A DNA stretch of 64,000 bases, from the NCBI GenBank assembly GCA_016870055.1, contig VGCQ01000001.1:6713-70712 (forward strand). The letters are read 5' to 3'. This document shows, piece by piece, positions 51,776 through 62,307 of the stretch. A program made the position numbers and the translations under genes. The notes under the pieces were generated by a model. That model saw only the letters and a program-made list of their open reading frames with translations. It made no database searches and was not told the DNA's origin. Numbering within the stretch: position 1 is the first letter of the stretch; each line of letters begins with the position of its first letter. Source of the DNA: Alphaproteobacteria bacterium (GTDB taxonomy: Bacteria > Pseudomonadota > Alphaproteobacteria > Reyranellales > Reyranellaceae).

Positions 51776-52984
51776 GTGAAGCTCGTCCTGACGGCGTTCC
51801 TGCCGTTCGCGCTGGGTTATTTCCTGAGCTTCCTGTTCCGCTCGCTGAACGCCATCGTGGCGCCGGTGCTGCGCAGCGAGCTCGGGCTCGATGACAGCGC
51901 TATCGGCGTCATCACGTCGACATATCTCGCGGCTTTCGCCCTTGCCCAGCTTCCCGCCGGCGTGGCGCTCGACCGTTACGGGCCGCGCCTCGTCGCGGCG
52001 ACGATGTTGCTGGTCGCCGCCCTGGGGGCGATCGTATTCGGCCTCGGCCGCGATTCGATCACGCTCAGCATCGGCCGGGCGCTGATCGGGCTCGGCGTGT
52101 CGGTGGCGTTGATGTCGGGTTTCAAGGCCAACGTTCTCTACTGGCCGATCTCTCGTCTGCCGCTGGTCAACGGCTTCATGATGACGTTCGGCGGCCTGGG
52201 CGCGGCCATGGCGACGCGCCCGGCGCAATGGCTGCTGGTCGATCACGACTGGCGCCACGTCTTCTTCGGCCTGGCCGCCGTCACGGTCGCCGTCGCGCTC
52301 TATCAGATCGTTGGTGCGCCGGGCGAGGCAAAGGCCGGCCGCGGCCGGCTGAGTGACGAGATCCGCGGCTTGATCGGTATCGTGCGCACGCCGCTGTTTT
52401 GGCGCGCCGGCCTGGCGCCGACGCTCTCGTTCGGCATCTGGGTCGCCTACACGAGCTTCTGGATGGCGGGCTGGCTGCGCGACGCGGCATCGCTCGACGA
52501 GCCTTCGGTCGGCACCGCATTGTTCGTGGTCTCGCTGGCCATCGTGCCGGGCTATTTCTTCAGTGGGCTGATCGTCGATCTGCTGCAGCGCGGCGGCGTG
52601 CGCGGCGGTCAGGTATTGCTGACGTTTGCCGTGCTGTTCCTGGCAATCCATCTTGCCGTCGTGGTGGCGCCGGCCATCCCGCCCGTCTTGCTGTGGTTCG
52701 CCTACGTCGCATCGGGCGGCACCATGGCCGTGAGCTTCGCCTTGATCACCCGCACCTTCGCCCCGGCGCTGGCCGGCCGCGTCAACACCACGCTGAACCT
52801 CGTCTGCATGCTGCTCGCTTTCGCGGCGCAGGCGACGATCGGTCCAACCTTGGCGTGGCTGGAAGCGGCATTCGGCCTGGCGCGCGCCGAGGCGCACCAG
52901 GCGGTGATCCTGGCGCTGCTCGTCCTTCAGATCGCGGCCTGGGCGTGGTTCGCGACCAGCCAGGCGGCGCGCCGCCTCGCCTGA
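51776..52984 (+). CDS. MFS transporter
   Basis: About 12 TM segments and motif A GVALDRYGPR. GTG start at 51776. Confidence 0.88.
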   Translation: MKLVLTAFLPFALGYFLSFLFRSLNAIVAPVLRSELGLDDSAIGVITSTYLAAFALAQLPAGVALDRYGPRLVAATMLLVAALGAIVFGLGRDSITLSIGRALIGLGVSVALMSGFKANVLYWPISRLPLVNGFMMTFGGLGAAMATRPAQWLLVDHDWRHVFFGLAAVTVAVALYQIVGAPGEAKAGRGRLSDEIRGLIGIVRTPLFWRAGLAPTLSFGIWVAYTSFWMAGWLRDAASLDEPSVGTALFVVSLAIVPGYFFSGLIVDLLQRGGVRGGQVLLTFAVLFLAIHLAVVVAPAIPPVLLWFAYVASGGTMAVSFALITRTFAPALAGRVNTTLNLVCMLLAFAAQATIGPTLAWLEAAFGLARAEAHQAVILALLVLQIAAWAWFATSQAARRLA

Positions 52985-52991
52985 AGGTGCG

Positions 52992-54368
<1,377 letters not shown>

Positions 54369-54507
54369 GTTTCTTCAGTCTGGGGTGGGTGATGACGCAC
54401 GCGCCACGGCCGCAAGCTGCGGTCCTGTGAAATTGCGCTGTGACGTTCTGGGTGGGCCCCGTCGATCACCGCCGGGGAGGCGGCGCCAGGGGCCCTGAGG
54501 TGGCGGC

Positions 54508-54536
54508 TTTTTACAGGGGCGGGGGACGCCTGTCAA
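54508..54536 (-). promoter_or_regulatory. Putative sigma70 promoter of rho
   Basis: Minus strand TTGACA (54536-54531), 17-nt spacer, TAAAAA (54513-54508), followed by a roughly 130-nt leader. Confidence 0.65.
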
Positions 54537-54557
54537 AGGCGTCGTGAGGCAGCAGGT

Positions 54558-55151
54558 ATGGCCAGAATCCTCATCCTCGACGCCATGGGCGTGCTCTACC
54601 AGGCCGGCGACGACGTCGCCGAGCTATTGGTGCCGTTCGTGCAGCGTCACGGCCGTGCCGACTTGTCGGCCGCGGCGATAGACCTCGCCTATACCGAGGC
54701 GAGCCTAGGCAAGGTCGCGCCCGATGCCTTCTGGCGCAGCCTCGGTGTCGATCCCAGCCTGGAGGACGACTATCTCGCCGGCCATCGGTTGATCGACGGC
54801 ACGCTCGAGGTTCTGCCCGAACTCAAAAGGCGCTTCGGGCGGCTGGCCTGTCTATCGAACGACATCGGCCCCTGGTCGCGTAAGCTCAGGCAACGATTCG
54901 GGCTGGAACGCTGGATCGAGGAATGGTTCATCAGCGGCGACCTCGGCCTGCGCAAACCCGATGCCGCCATCTACCTCCGAGCCTTGCGGCAGCTCGGTGC
55001 GGATGCTTCAGACGTGGTGTTCGTCGACGATCGACCGAGAAACCTCGATGCCGCGCTACGGCTCGGCATTCAAACCATGCTGCTCGACGGCGCGGGCAGC
55101 GCCCCTGCTTCAAGTCACCGCGCGATCGGCAGTCTGACGGACCTGCTTTAA
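54558..55151 (+). CDS. HAD-superfamily hydrolase
   Basis: ILDAMGVL, CLSND, GLRKPD and FVDDR..NL. Confidence 0.82.
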   Translation: MARILILDAMGVLYQAGDDVAELLVPFVQRHGRADLSAAAIDLAYTEASLGKVAPDAFWRSLGVDPSLEDDYLAGHRLIDGTLEVLPELKRRFGRLACLSNDIGPWSRKLRQRFGLERWIEEWFISGDLGLRKPDAAIYLRALRQLGADASDVVFVDDRPRNLDAALRLGIQTMLLDGAGSAPASSHRAIGSLTDLL

Positions 55152-55166
55152 CCGTCGCGTCGCGCC

Positions 55167-56078
55167 TCAGGACTGCACGTCCGCCAGCATCTCGGCATAG
55201 CGGAAAATCTCGGTGTGATCAGCCGAGGCGCCGAGCTTGCCGCTGGCATCGGCCCAGTAGGCCACCGTTTGCTTCAGCATCGGCATGTTGAGATCGAGAT
55301 GGGCCGCCACCTCGGCCGCCGTGCGCAAATCCTTGGCCATCAGTCCGGTGGTGAAGCCGGCGGCGAAGGTGCGCGGCACGACGAACTGACGGCCCTTGAC
55401 CTCGGTGGCGTTGCTCTTGCCGGTCGAGCTGTTGAAGACATCGACCATGGTGCCGGGATCGAGGCCAAAGGCCTCGCCCACGACCAGGGCTTCGCACATC
55501 GCCACCAAGCCCGACGCCGACAAGTAGTTGTTGAGCGCCTTCAGCGCGTGGCCGGCGCCGGCCGGGCCGCACAAGGTGATCGTCTTGCCCATGGCAGCGA
55601 AAGCCGGCCGGGCGCGTTCGAGATCGGCCATGGCGCCACCGACCATGATGCTGAGCGAACCGTCGACCGCTCGCTTGACGCCACCCGACACCGGGGCATC
55701 GAGCAGCGCCACGCCGAGCGCGGCGAGATCGCGCGCGAGTTTCTGCGTGTCGACCGGGTTCGACGAGCTCATGTCGATCACCAGTGCACCCGTGGCCAAG
55801 CCCTCGCGCGCCGCCTCGCGGCCCTCGAGCAGCGCCTGCCGCACGGCCTTGCCGTCCGGCAGCATGGTGACCACCGCGTCGGCGCCTTGCGCGGCGGCCT
55901 TGGCCGAGGCAGTCGCCAAAGCCGACGGATGGGCGCCGACGAAATCCGACATCGCCTTCTGCGAAAGATCGTAGAGCCGCAGCGTGAAGCCCGCCTCGAC
56001 CAAGCGTGCCGCCATCGGCCGGCCCATCATGCCGAGCCCGATGAAGGCGATGGTGGCGGGTGGTGCGAGGGTCGTCAT
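55167..56078 (-). CDS. NAD(P)-dependent oxidoreductase, 3-hydroxyisobutyrate dehydrogenase family
   Basis: FIGLGMMG, TMLPD, LDAPVSGG and GHALKALNN. GTCA/ATGA-type overlap with the GNAT gene. Confidence 0.9.
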   Translation of the reverse strand: MTTLAPPATIAFIGLGMMGRPMAARLVEAGFTLRLYDLSQKAMSDFVGAHPSALATASAKAAAQGADAVVTMLPDGKAVRQALLEGREAAREGLATGALVIDMSSSNPVDTQKLARDLAALGVALLDAPVSGGVKRAVDGSLSIMVGGAMADLERARPAFAAMGKTITLCGPAGAGHALKALNNYLSASGLVAMCEALVVGEAFGLDPGTMVDVFNSSTGKSNATEVKGRQFVVPRTFAAGFTTGLMAKDLRTAAEVAAHLDLNMPMLKQTVAYWADASGKLGASADHTEIFRYAEMLADVQS

Positions 56079-56548
56079 GGGCGGGGCTCCGAAGTCAGGT
56101 CGTAATCGTAGAACGGCAGTGTGCGGCCGGGGATGGCGTCGGACGGCTCGTTGCTGCGAAAGCGCGCGCCCATGTGCTCGTAGAAGGCGGCAGCGTTGGG
56201 GTCGGCCAGGATGGTCATGCGGCCGGCGCCCAGACGGCGCGCCAAGTCGGTGGCCGCCGCGAACAGCGCGCGGCCGGCGCCGCTGCCAATGGCCGGCGGA
56301 TCGACGAACAGTTGATGCAGGTCGGCGATCGCGCCTTCGGGATGCACAGAGGCCGTGCCGAGCAGACGGCCGGCATCGTCGACGGCGACGAGCACCAGTC
56401 CCGCCGCGATGTCGTTCTCGCTCACGGCGAGAGCGGCGGCGGAAAGCGCCATGAACGCCGCGTCGTATCCCCAGTGCGCCTTCGACCGCACGCACAGGGC
56501 GGTGAGGCTTGCGCCTTCGCCCAGGCGTGCCGGTCGAATGGTCGCCAT
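56075..56548 (-). CDS. GNAT-family N-acetyltransferase
   Basis: RSKAHWGY, LFVDP.AIGSG.GRAL and ADPNAAAFY. Confidence 0.85.
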   Translation of the reverse strand: MATIRPARLGEGASLTALCVRSKAHWGYDAAFMALSAAALAVSENDIAAGLVLVAVDDAGRLLGTASVHPEGAIADLHQLFVDPPAIGSGAGRALFAAATDLARRLGAGRMTILADPNAAAFYEHMGARFRSNEPSDAIPGRTLPFYDYDLTSEPRP

Positions 56549-56551
56549 CGC

Positions 56552-56968
56552 TCAGACGCCCCGCTCCTTGAACACCTCGCGCGCCGTCTTGAAAGCGTCG
56601 AGGCAGGCCGGAATGCCGCAATAGATGCCGACCTGCAGGAAGATCTCCTTGATCTCGTCCTTGCTCAGCCCGTTGTTCAGCGCGCCGTTGACGTGGAGCC
56701 TGAGTTCCGGTCCACGGTTCAGCGCCGCCAGCATGGCGAGGTTCAGCATCGAGCGCGTCTTTCGAGGCAGGCCCGGCCGCGTCCAGACATAGCCCCAGGC
56801 ATACTCCGTGGTCATGTCCTGAAACGACATCATGAAATCGTCGGCGCCCGCCAGCGAGCTGTCGACATAGCCTGCGCCCAGCACGGCTTTACGCACCTTC
56901 ATGCCGGCGTCGTAGAGGCGCTTGTTGCGCGGATTGGGCTTGGCTTTGCTGTTCCTGGCCTTGGCCAT
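56552..56968 (-). CDS. Carboxymuconolactone decarboxylase-family protein
   Basis: G.KVRKAVLG..YV, AWG.VWTRPGL.RK.RS, LHVNGALNNG and YCGIPA. Confidence 0.88.
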   Translation of the reverse strand: MAKARNSKAKPNPRNKRLYDAGMKVRKAVLGAGYVDSSLAGADDFMMSFQDMTTEYAWGYVWTRPGLPRKTRSMLNLAMLAALNRGPELRLHVNGALNNGLSKDEIKEIFLQVGIYCGIPACLDAFKTAREVFKERGV

Positions 56969-57017
56969 CTGTCACTCCTCCGGTTCGAGAACCGGCGGAG
57001 CCTATCAAGCCTCGCGA

Positions 57018-57479
57018 TCAGACCGCCAGATGCTTGGCCTGCTGTGCGGTCGCGGCAACGTTCAACCCTTTGGCGCGCGCCCGCTGACCGAGTTCGGCAA
57101 TGGTGATCTTGTCGAGCTCGGCCATCATGCCGACGCGCAGCTCCTCCCACATCGGCCATACCACCTCGTGGGCGAGCGGCGAGCCGATCGAAGGGTCCGT
57201 GGGCTCGGTTTCGGCCTCCAGGCGGCGCACGACGCGCACGATCTCGCCCAAGGTGATCTGCCCCTCCTCGCGACCCAACCGATAGCCGCCACGTGGTCCG
57301 CGCTTGCCCGACAGGATGCCGGCGCGGACCAGGTGCTGCAGGACCTGCTCGAGATAGCGCTTGGGAATGCGTTGGCGCTCGGTGATGTCGCCGCTGCGCA
57401 CCGGATGGTCGCCGACATAGATCGCCACATCGAGCACCGCTTCGATGGCGAACATGGTCTTCTTGCTGAGCCGAGGCAT
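57018..57479 (-). CDS. Rrf2-family transcriptional regulator lacking Fe-S cysteines
   Basis: YLEQVLQ.L..AG...GKRGPRGGYRL..; no Cys in the protein. Confidence 0.9.
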   Translation of the reverse strand: MPRLSKKTMFAIEAVLDVAIYVGDHPVRSGDITERQRIPKRYLEQVLQHLVRAGILSGKRGPRGGYRLGREEGQITLGEIVRVVRRLEAETEPTDPSIGSPLAHEVVWPMWEELRVGMMAELDKITIAELGQRARAKGLNVAATAQQAKHLAV

Positions 57480-57493
57480 CGCTACGCTTCCCC

Positions 57494-57976
57494 CTACGCG
57501 CTTTTGGTCGCCCCCGGTGCAACACCGGTCGAGCCGAAGCCGCCGGCGCCGCGCGCCGTACGGTCCAGCTCGCCGACTTCACGCCACATCGCCCGCGCAT
57601 GCCGCGCCACCACGAGCTGAGCAATTCGCATGCCACGGCTGATACGGAACGGTTCTTTGGACAGATTGACCAGGATGACGCCGATCTCGCCGCGATAGTC
57701 GGCGTCGATGGTGCCCGGCGCATTGACGAGCGTAACGCCGTTCTTGGCCGCCAAGCCCGAGCGCGGTCGCACCTGGGCTTCGAAGCCCACCGGCAGAGCG
57801 ATGGCGATGCCGGTCGGCACGATCCGCCGCTCCAGCGACCCGAGTTCGATGTCGCCATCGATCGCCGCCAGAAGATCGGCACCGGCGGCGGCAGCCGTGG
57901 CGTAATCGGGCAACGGCAAATCGCGCGCGTGCGCCAGGCGCACGACCTCGACTTCCACGGTCTCGACGCCTTTCAC
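57494..57976 (-). CDS. dut: dUTP diphosphatase
   Basis: [28 protein letters not shown] and RG.GGFGSTG. The GTG start overlaps the coaBC stop. Confidence 0.96.
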   Translation of the reverse strand: MKGVETVEVEVVRLAHARDLPLPDYATAAAAGADLLAAIDGDIELGSLERRIVPTGIAIALPVGFEAQVRPRSGLAAKNGVTLVNAPGTIDADYRGEIGVILVNLSKEPFRISRGMRIAQLVVARHARAMWREVGELDRTARGAGGFGSTGVAPGATKSA

Positions 57977-59202
57977 TCCGCTGCCTCTGCTTTGGTTGGC
58001 TGGCTGAAATGCAGCGCGACTCGGCCGGCCAGCCGCATCGCGACATCGTCCTTGGACAAGGTCGGCCAGCTCTCGACCCCAGCCGCGCTGATCAGGTGGA
58101 CGGTGTTGCGCTCGCCGCCGAACGTGCCGCTGGCCGGCGACACGTCGTTGGCCACGATCCAATCGCAGCCTTTGCGTCGACGCTTGTCGATGGCGTTGGC
58201 GACCAAGTTCTCGGTCTCGGCGGCAAAGCCCACCACCAGCGCCGGCCGCTGCGGGCCGGGTTTGGCGAGAGTGGCGAGAATGTCGGGATTGAGCGCCAGC
58301 TCGAGCGTGGGCGGCGAGGCGCCGGCTTTCTTCTTGAGCTTGGCCGCCGTCGGACGCGCCGCCTTCCAGTCGGCGACGGCGGCGGCACAGACGGCGATGT
58401 CGATCCGGCCCGCAGCCAAGCAAGCCGCCAGCATCTGGTCGGCCGAGTCGACCCGTACGGTGCGCAGGCCGGGCGGATCGCCGAGCGCCACCGGCCCGCT
58501 GACCAAGGTCACCTGGGCACCCAGTGCCGCCAGCGCCGAGGCGATGGCGTGGCCCTGCTTGCCCGAGGAGTGATTGGAGATGTAGCGCACCGGATCGATC
58601 GCTTCGCGTGTCGGGCCGGAGGTCACGACGGCACGCTTGCCGGCGAGTGGCTGCTCGCGCGGCACCAGCACGCTTTCGATGGCGCTTAGGATCTCGGCCG
58701 GCTCCGACATGCGGCCCGGCCCGAACTCGTTGCATGCCATGGCGCCGTCGTTGGGGCCGACGAAGTGCACGCCGCGCCGCCGCAGGGTCTCGACATTGGC
58801 GACGGTGGCGGCGTGGGTCCACATGCGCACGTTCATGGCGGGCGCCACCAGCACCGGCTTGTCGGTGGCGAGCAGCACGGTGGCGGCGAGGTCGTCGGCG
58901 AGGCCGGCGGCCATGCGGGCCAACAGGTCGGCGGTCGCCGGCGCCATGACCAGGAGATCGGCATCGCGCGACAGCTGGATGTGGCCCATCTCGCTTTCGT
59001 CGGTGAGGGAGAACATGTCGCTGTAGACGCGATCCTCGCTCAGCGCCTGCAGCGACAATGGCGTGACGAACTTGGCGCCGGCTTCGGTGAGCACGCAGCG
59101 CACCGACGCACCTCGTTCACGCAAACGCCGAATCAGCTCGAGCGACTTGAAAGCCGCGATGCCGCCCGAGACGATCAGCAGGATTCGCTTGCCGGTGAGC
59201 AT
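57973..59202 (-). CDS. coaBC: Bifunctional phosphopantothenoylcysteine decarboxylase/ligase
   Basis: [45 protein letters not shown] and GFAAET. Confidence 0.96.
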   Translation of the reverse strand: MLTGKRILLIVSGGIAAFKSLELIRRLRERGASVRCVLTEAGAKFVTPLSLQALSEDRVYSDMFSLTDESEMGHIQLSRDADLLVMAPATADLLARMAAGLADDLAATVLLATDKPVLVAPAMNVRMWTHAATVANVETLRRRGVHFVGPNDGAMACNEFGPGRMSEPAEILSAIESVLVPREQPLAGKRAVVTSGPTREAIDPVRYISNHSSGKQGHAIASALAALGAQVTLVSGPVALGDPPGLRTVRVDSADQMLAACLAAGRIDIAVCAAAVADWKAARPTAAKLKKKAGASPPTLELALNPDILATLAKPGPQRPALVVGFAAETENLVANAIDKRRRKGCDWIVANDVSPASGTFGGERNTVHLISAAGVESWPTLSKDDVAMRLAGRVALHFSQPTKAEAAE

Positions 59203-59215
59203 GGCGCTCAGACTA

Positions 59216-59956
59216 TCACAACGCCCGGCTGGCGAAAGTATAGAGCCCGGTCGACAGCAACGCCCAAAACACGGCCAGACGGAACTGTTCGACCGACAGG
59301 CGCAGCCGGATCTGCTGGCCGACCCACATGCCGGCCAGCGCCGGCACGACGGCACCGGCCGACACCAGAGCGCGTGGTCCGTCCAGCAGGCCGAAATTCA
59401 ACAATGAGACGGTGAGCGTGAGCGAGGTCGCACACAGCACGACGCCGAGCGTCTGCACCAGTTCCGACGGCTTGATGTCCAGCCCCTGCAGGTAGGGCAT
59501 CAGCGGAATGATCGGGACTCCGACCACGCCTGCGACGAAGCCCGACGTGGCGCCGATCACCGGCGCCAGCGGCTTCTCCAGGTCGGCATGGATGTGCAGG
59601 CGAATGCGCAGCAGACCGAGCCCGCTGTAGACGACCAGCACGGTCGCCAGCACGATGAAGGCCCAGTTCGGTCCCTTCTGGCCGACCAGCCACATGGTGA
59701 GATAAAGCGTCGCGACCAACGGCAGGATGAGCGGCCACTGCCGCCGCACGATGGTCCGGAAGTTGCCGCCGACCGCCGCCTGCCAGATGTTGGTGAAGAT
59801 GGTCGGCAACGCAATCATGGCGATCGCCTCAGTGAGCGGCAGCACCAGGGTCGTGAGCGCAATCACGATGGTCGGCAGGCCGAGCCCGACCAACCCCTTG
59901 ACCATGCCGGCCAGCAAAAAAACGGCGAGACCGAAGACGATATGATCGGTCGACAT
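59216..59956 (-). CDS. TauE/SafE-family sulfite exporter
   Basis: AGMVKGLVGLGLP, about 8 TM segments and an internal repeat of the G..SG...G pattern. Confidence 0.82.
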   Translation of the reverse strand: MSTDHIVFGLAVFLLAGMVKGLVGLGLPTIVIALTTLVLPLTEAIAMIALPTIFTNIWQAAVGGNFRTIVRRQWPLILPLVATLYLTMWLVGQKGPNWAFIVLATVLVVYSGLGLLRIRLHIHADLEKPLAPVIGATSGFVAGVVGVPIIPLMPYLQGLDIKPSELVQTLGVVLCATSLTLTVSLLNFGLLDGPRALVSAGAVVPALAGMWVGQQIRLRLSVEQFRLAVFWALLSTGLYTFASRAL

Positions 59957-59960
59957 CGAC

Positions 59961-61487
59961 CTAGCGCCACCACGCCGCGACGGCGGCGATCAGGGCGAGG
60001 ATGGCGATGATCTCGGCGGCGCCGGGACGCCAAGTGCGGCCGGCGCGGGGCGGCGCGGCCTCGGCGCGCTCGGCCCTGCGCCGTTCGTGCTCGGCCACGA
60101 CGTGCAAGCTGTCGATCAGCCGCGGCAGGCGGCGCAGGCCGTGCGCCACATCCTGCGCGGCGCGGCCGAGTGTGGCGCGCGGCCCGAAATGGCTTTGCAT
60201 CCACTCCTCGATCAACGGCCGCGCCAGCTCCCAGATGTTGACCTTGGGGTTCAGTCGCGTGCCCATGCCCTCGGCCATCAGCATGGTCTTCTGCAAGAGC
60301 AGGAGCTGCGGCTGCACCGTCATCTCGAATTGCTCGGTGACGCGCAGCAGCTGGGCGAGCAGACGGGCGATCGAGATCTCGTGGCTGGGCTTGCCGAAGA
60401 TCGGCTCGCCGATCGAGCGGCAGGCCTGGGCGAAAACCTCGCGCGGCTGGTCGGGCGGCACGTAGCCGGCGCGGAACTGCACCTCGGCCACGGTGCGATA
60501 GTCGCGGCGCAGGAAAGCGACCAGGAGCTCGGCGAGATAGCCGCGTGTATCCTCGTCGAGGCGGCCCATGATGCCGAAATCGACCGGCACGATATGGCCG
60601 TCGCGGTCGACGAAGGCGTTGCCGCCGTGCATGTCGGCGTGGAAGAAGCCGTCGCGGAACACCTGATAGAAGAACGCCTCGGCGCACTTCTTCATGACGA
60701 CGTCGGGATCGTGACCGGCCGCGACGATGGCGTCGCGATCGCCGATCGGCGTGCCGTCGATGCGTTCCAGCGTCAGCACGCGCTCGGCGGTGCGATCCCA
60801 GTCGATGGTCGGCGCGCGATAGCCCGGATCGTCGGCGAAGTTCTCGCCCAGCTCCTCGGCGGCCGCGGCCTCCATGCGCAGATCCATCTCGATGCGCACG
60901 ACGTCGGCGAAGGCGCGCACCGAATCGACCGGCTTCAGGCGGCGGAAGCGCGGCTCGGTGCGTTCGACCAGCTCGGCGATCCAGTAGAAGAGGTCGAGAT
61001 CGCGCTCGAAAGCTTTCTCGATGCCCGGCCGCAGCACCTTGACCGCGACCTGGCGGCCGTCGGTGGTGACGGCGAAATGGACCTGGGCGATCGACGCGGC
61101 GGCGACCGGCGCGTCCTCGAAACTGGCGAATAGCGCATCGACCGGCTGGCCAAGCTCGGCCGCGACGATGCGGCGCGCCTCGGCGCCGGGAAACGCCGGC
61201 AGGTGATCCTGCAGCCGGGCCAGGTCGAGCGCGACCTGCTCGCTCAGGAGATCGGCGCGGGTCGACAGCGCCTGGCCGAGCTTGATGAAGGACGGGCCCA
61301 TCTCCTGCAGCGCCGCGGTCAGCCGTTCGCCCGGCCGGCGCGGATCTCGACGGCGGGCAAACAGGCGGGCCCAGGCGACCAGAGCCGGCGCGATGCCCAG
61401 CGTCTCCAGCGGGAACAAGGCGTCGTGCCGCGCCAGGCTGAGCGCGATACGCAGCAGCCGCCAGGTGTTGCGGAGGGCGCGCAGCAT
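59961..61487 (-). CDS. ubiB: Ubiquinone biosynthesis kinase-like protein UbiB
   Basis: GPSFIKLGQ, AASIAQVH, AVKVLRP, GFFHADMH and VDFGIMG. Confidence 0.96.
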   Translation of the reverse strand: MLRALRNTWRLLRIALSLARHDALFPLETLGIAPALVAWARLFARRRDPRRPGERLTAALQEMGPSFIKLGQALSTRADLLSEQVALDLARLQDHLPAFPGAEARRIVAAELGQPVDALFASFEDAPVAAASIAQVHFAVTTDGRQVAVKVLRPGIEKAFERDLDLFYWIAELVERTEPRFRRLKPVDSVRAFADVVRIEMDLRMEAAAAEELGENFADDPGYRAPTIDWDRTAERVLTLERIDGTPIGDRDAIVAAGHDPDVVMKKCAEAFFYQVFRDGFFHADMHGGNAFVDRDGHIVPVDFGIMGRLDEDTRGYLAELLVAFLRRDYRTVAEVQFRAGYVPPDQPREVFAQACRSIGEPIFGKPSHEISIARLLAQLLRVTEQFEMTVQPQLLLLQKTMLMAEGMGTRLNPKVNIWELARPLIEEWMQSHFGPRATLGRAAQDVAHGLRRLPRLIDSLHVVAEHERRRAERAEAAPPRAGRTWRPGAAEIIAILALIAAVAAWWR

Positions 61488-61491
61488 GTGG

Positions 61492-62280
61492 CTAGACGCG
61501 CCAGCCCGAATGCAAGGCGACGACCCCCAACGTCATGTCGCGCCAACCGACATTGGCGAAGCCCGCCGCGCGCATGCGGCGGGCAAGCTCACGCTGCGAT
61601 GGGAAGCGCCGGATGCTCTCGTGCAGATAGCGATAGGAATCGGCGTCGCGCGCCACCAGACGACCCATCAGAGGCAGCGCGCGGCTGGAGTAGGCATCGT
61701 AGATCCGGCCGAGGGACGCCGACGTCACTTTGCTGAACTCGAGACAGTAGAAGCGACCGCCCGGCTTCAGCACGCGATACGCCTCGCGCAACGCCTGATC
61801 GATGTCGGTGACGTTGCGCAGTCCGAAGGCGATGGTGTGGCCGTCGAACCAACGGTCGGGAAACGGCAATGCCTCGGCGTCACCGGTCGTCCAGGTCAAG
61901 CCCTTCAGCAGCCCGCGATCGGCGGCGCGATCGCGACCGACCTCGAGCATGGCCGGATTGATGTCGCACACCGTGACGTCCGGCTGGTCTCCCTGGCGGC
62001 GCACAATGCGGAAGGCGATGTCGCCGGTGCCGCCGGCCACGTCGAGAAAGCGCTCACCCGGCCGGGGATTCAGGACATCGACCAGGGCGTTCTTCCAGAG
62101 CCGATGGACGCCACCCGACATCAGGTCGTTCATCAGGTCGTAGCGCGGCGCCACGCTCTCGAAGACATGGCGGACAAGCCCCGCCTTCTCGGCCGCCGGC
62201 ACGTCGCGATAGCCGAACGATGCCTGTTCAGGCGTCGGCGGCGCGCTAGGATCGGGCGGGTTGGCCGATTGGCGTGTCAT
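61492..62280 (-). CDS. ubiE: Ubiquinone/menaquinone C-methyltransferase
   Basis: VF.SVA.RYDLMNDLMS.G.HRLWK, LDVAGGTGD, AFGLRNVT and LKPGGR..CLEFS. Confidence 0.96.
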   Translation of the reverse strand: MTRQSANPPDPSAPPTPEQASFGYRDVPAAEKAGLVRHVFESVAPRYDLMNDLMSGGVHRLWKNALVDVLNPRPGERFLDVAGGTGDIAFRIVRRQGDQPDVTVCDINPAMLEVGRDRAADRGLLKGLTWTTGDAEALPFPDRWFDGHTIAFGLRNVTDIDQALREAYRVLKPGGRFYCLEFSKVTSASLGRIYDAYSSRALPLMGRLVARDADSYRYLHESIRRFPSQRELARRMRAAGFANVGWRDMTLGVVALHSGWRV

Positions 62281-62307
62281 GGGCCCCCGCAACCTAGAGG
62301 AATCGCC

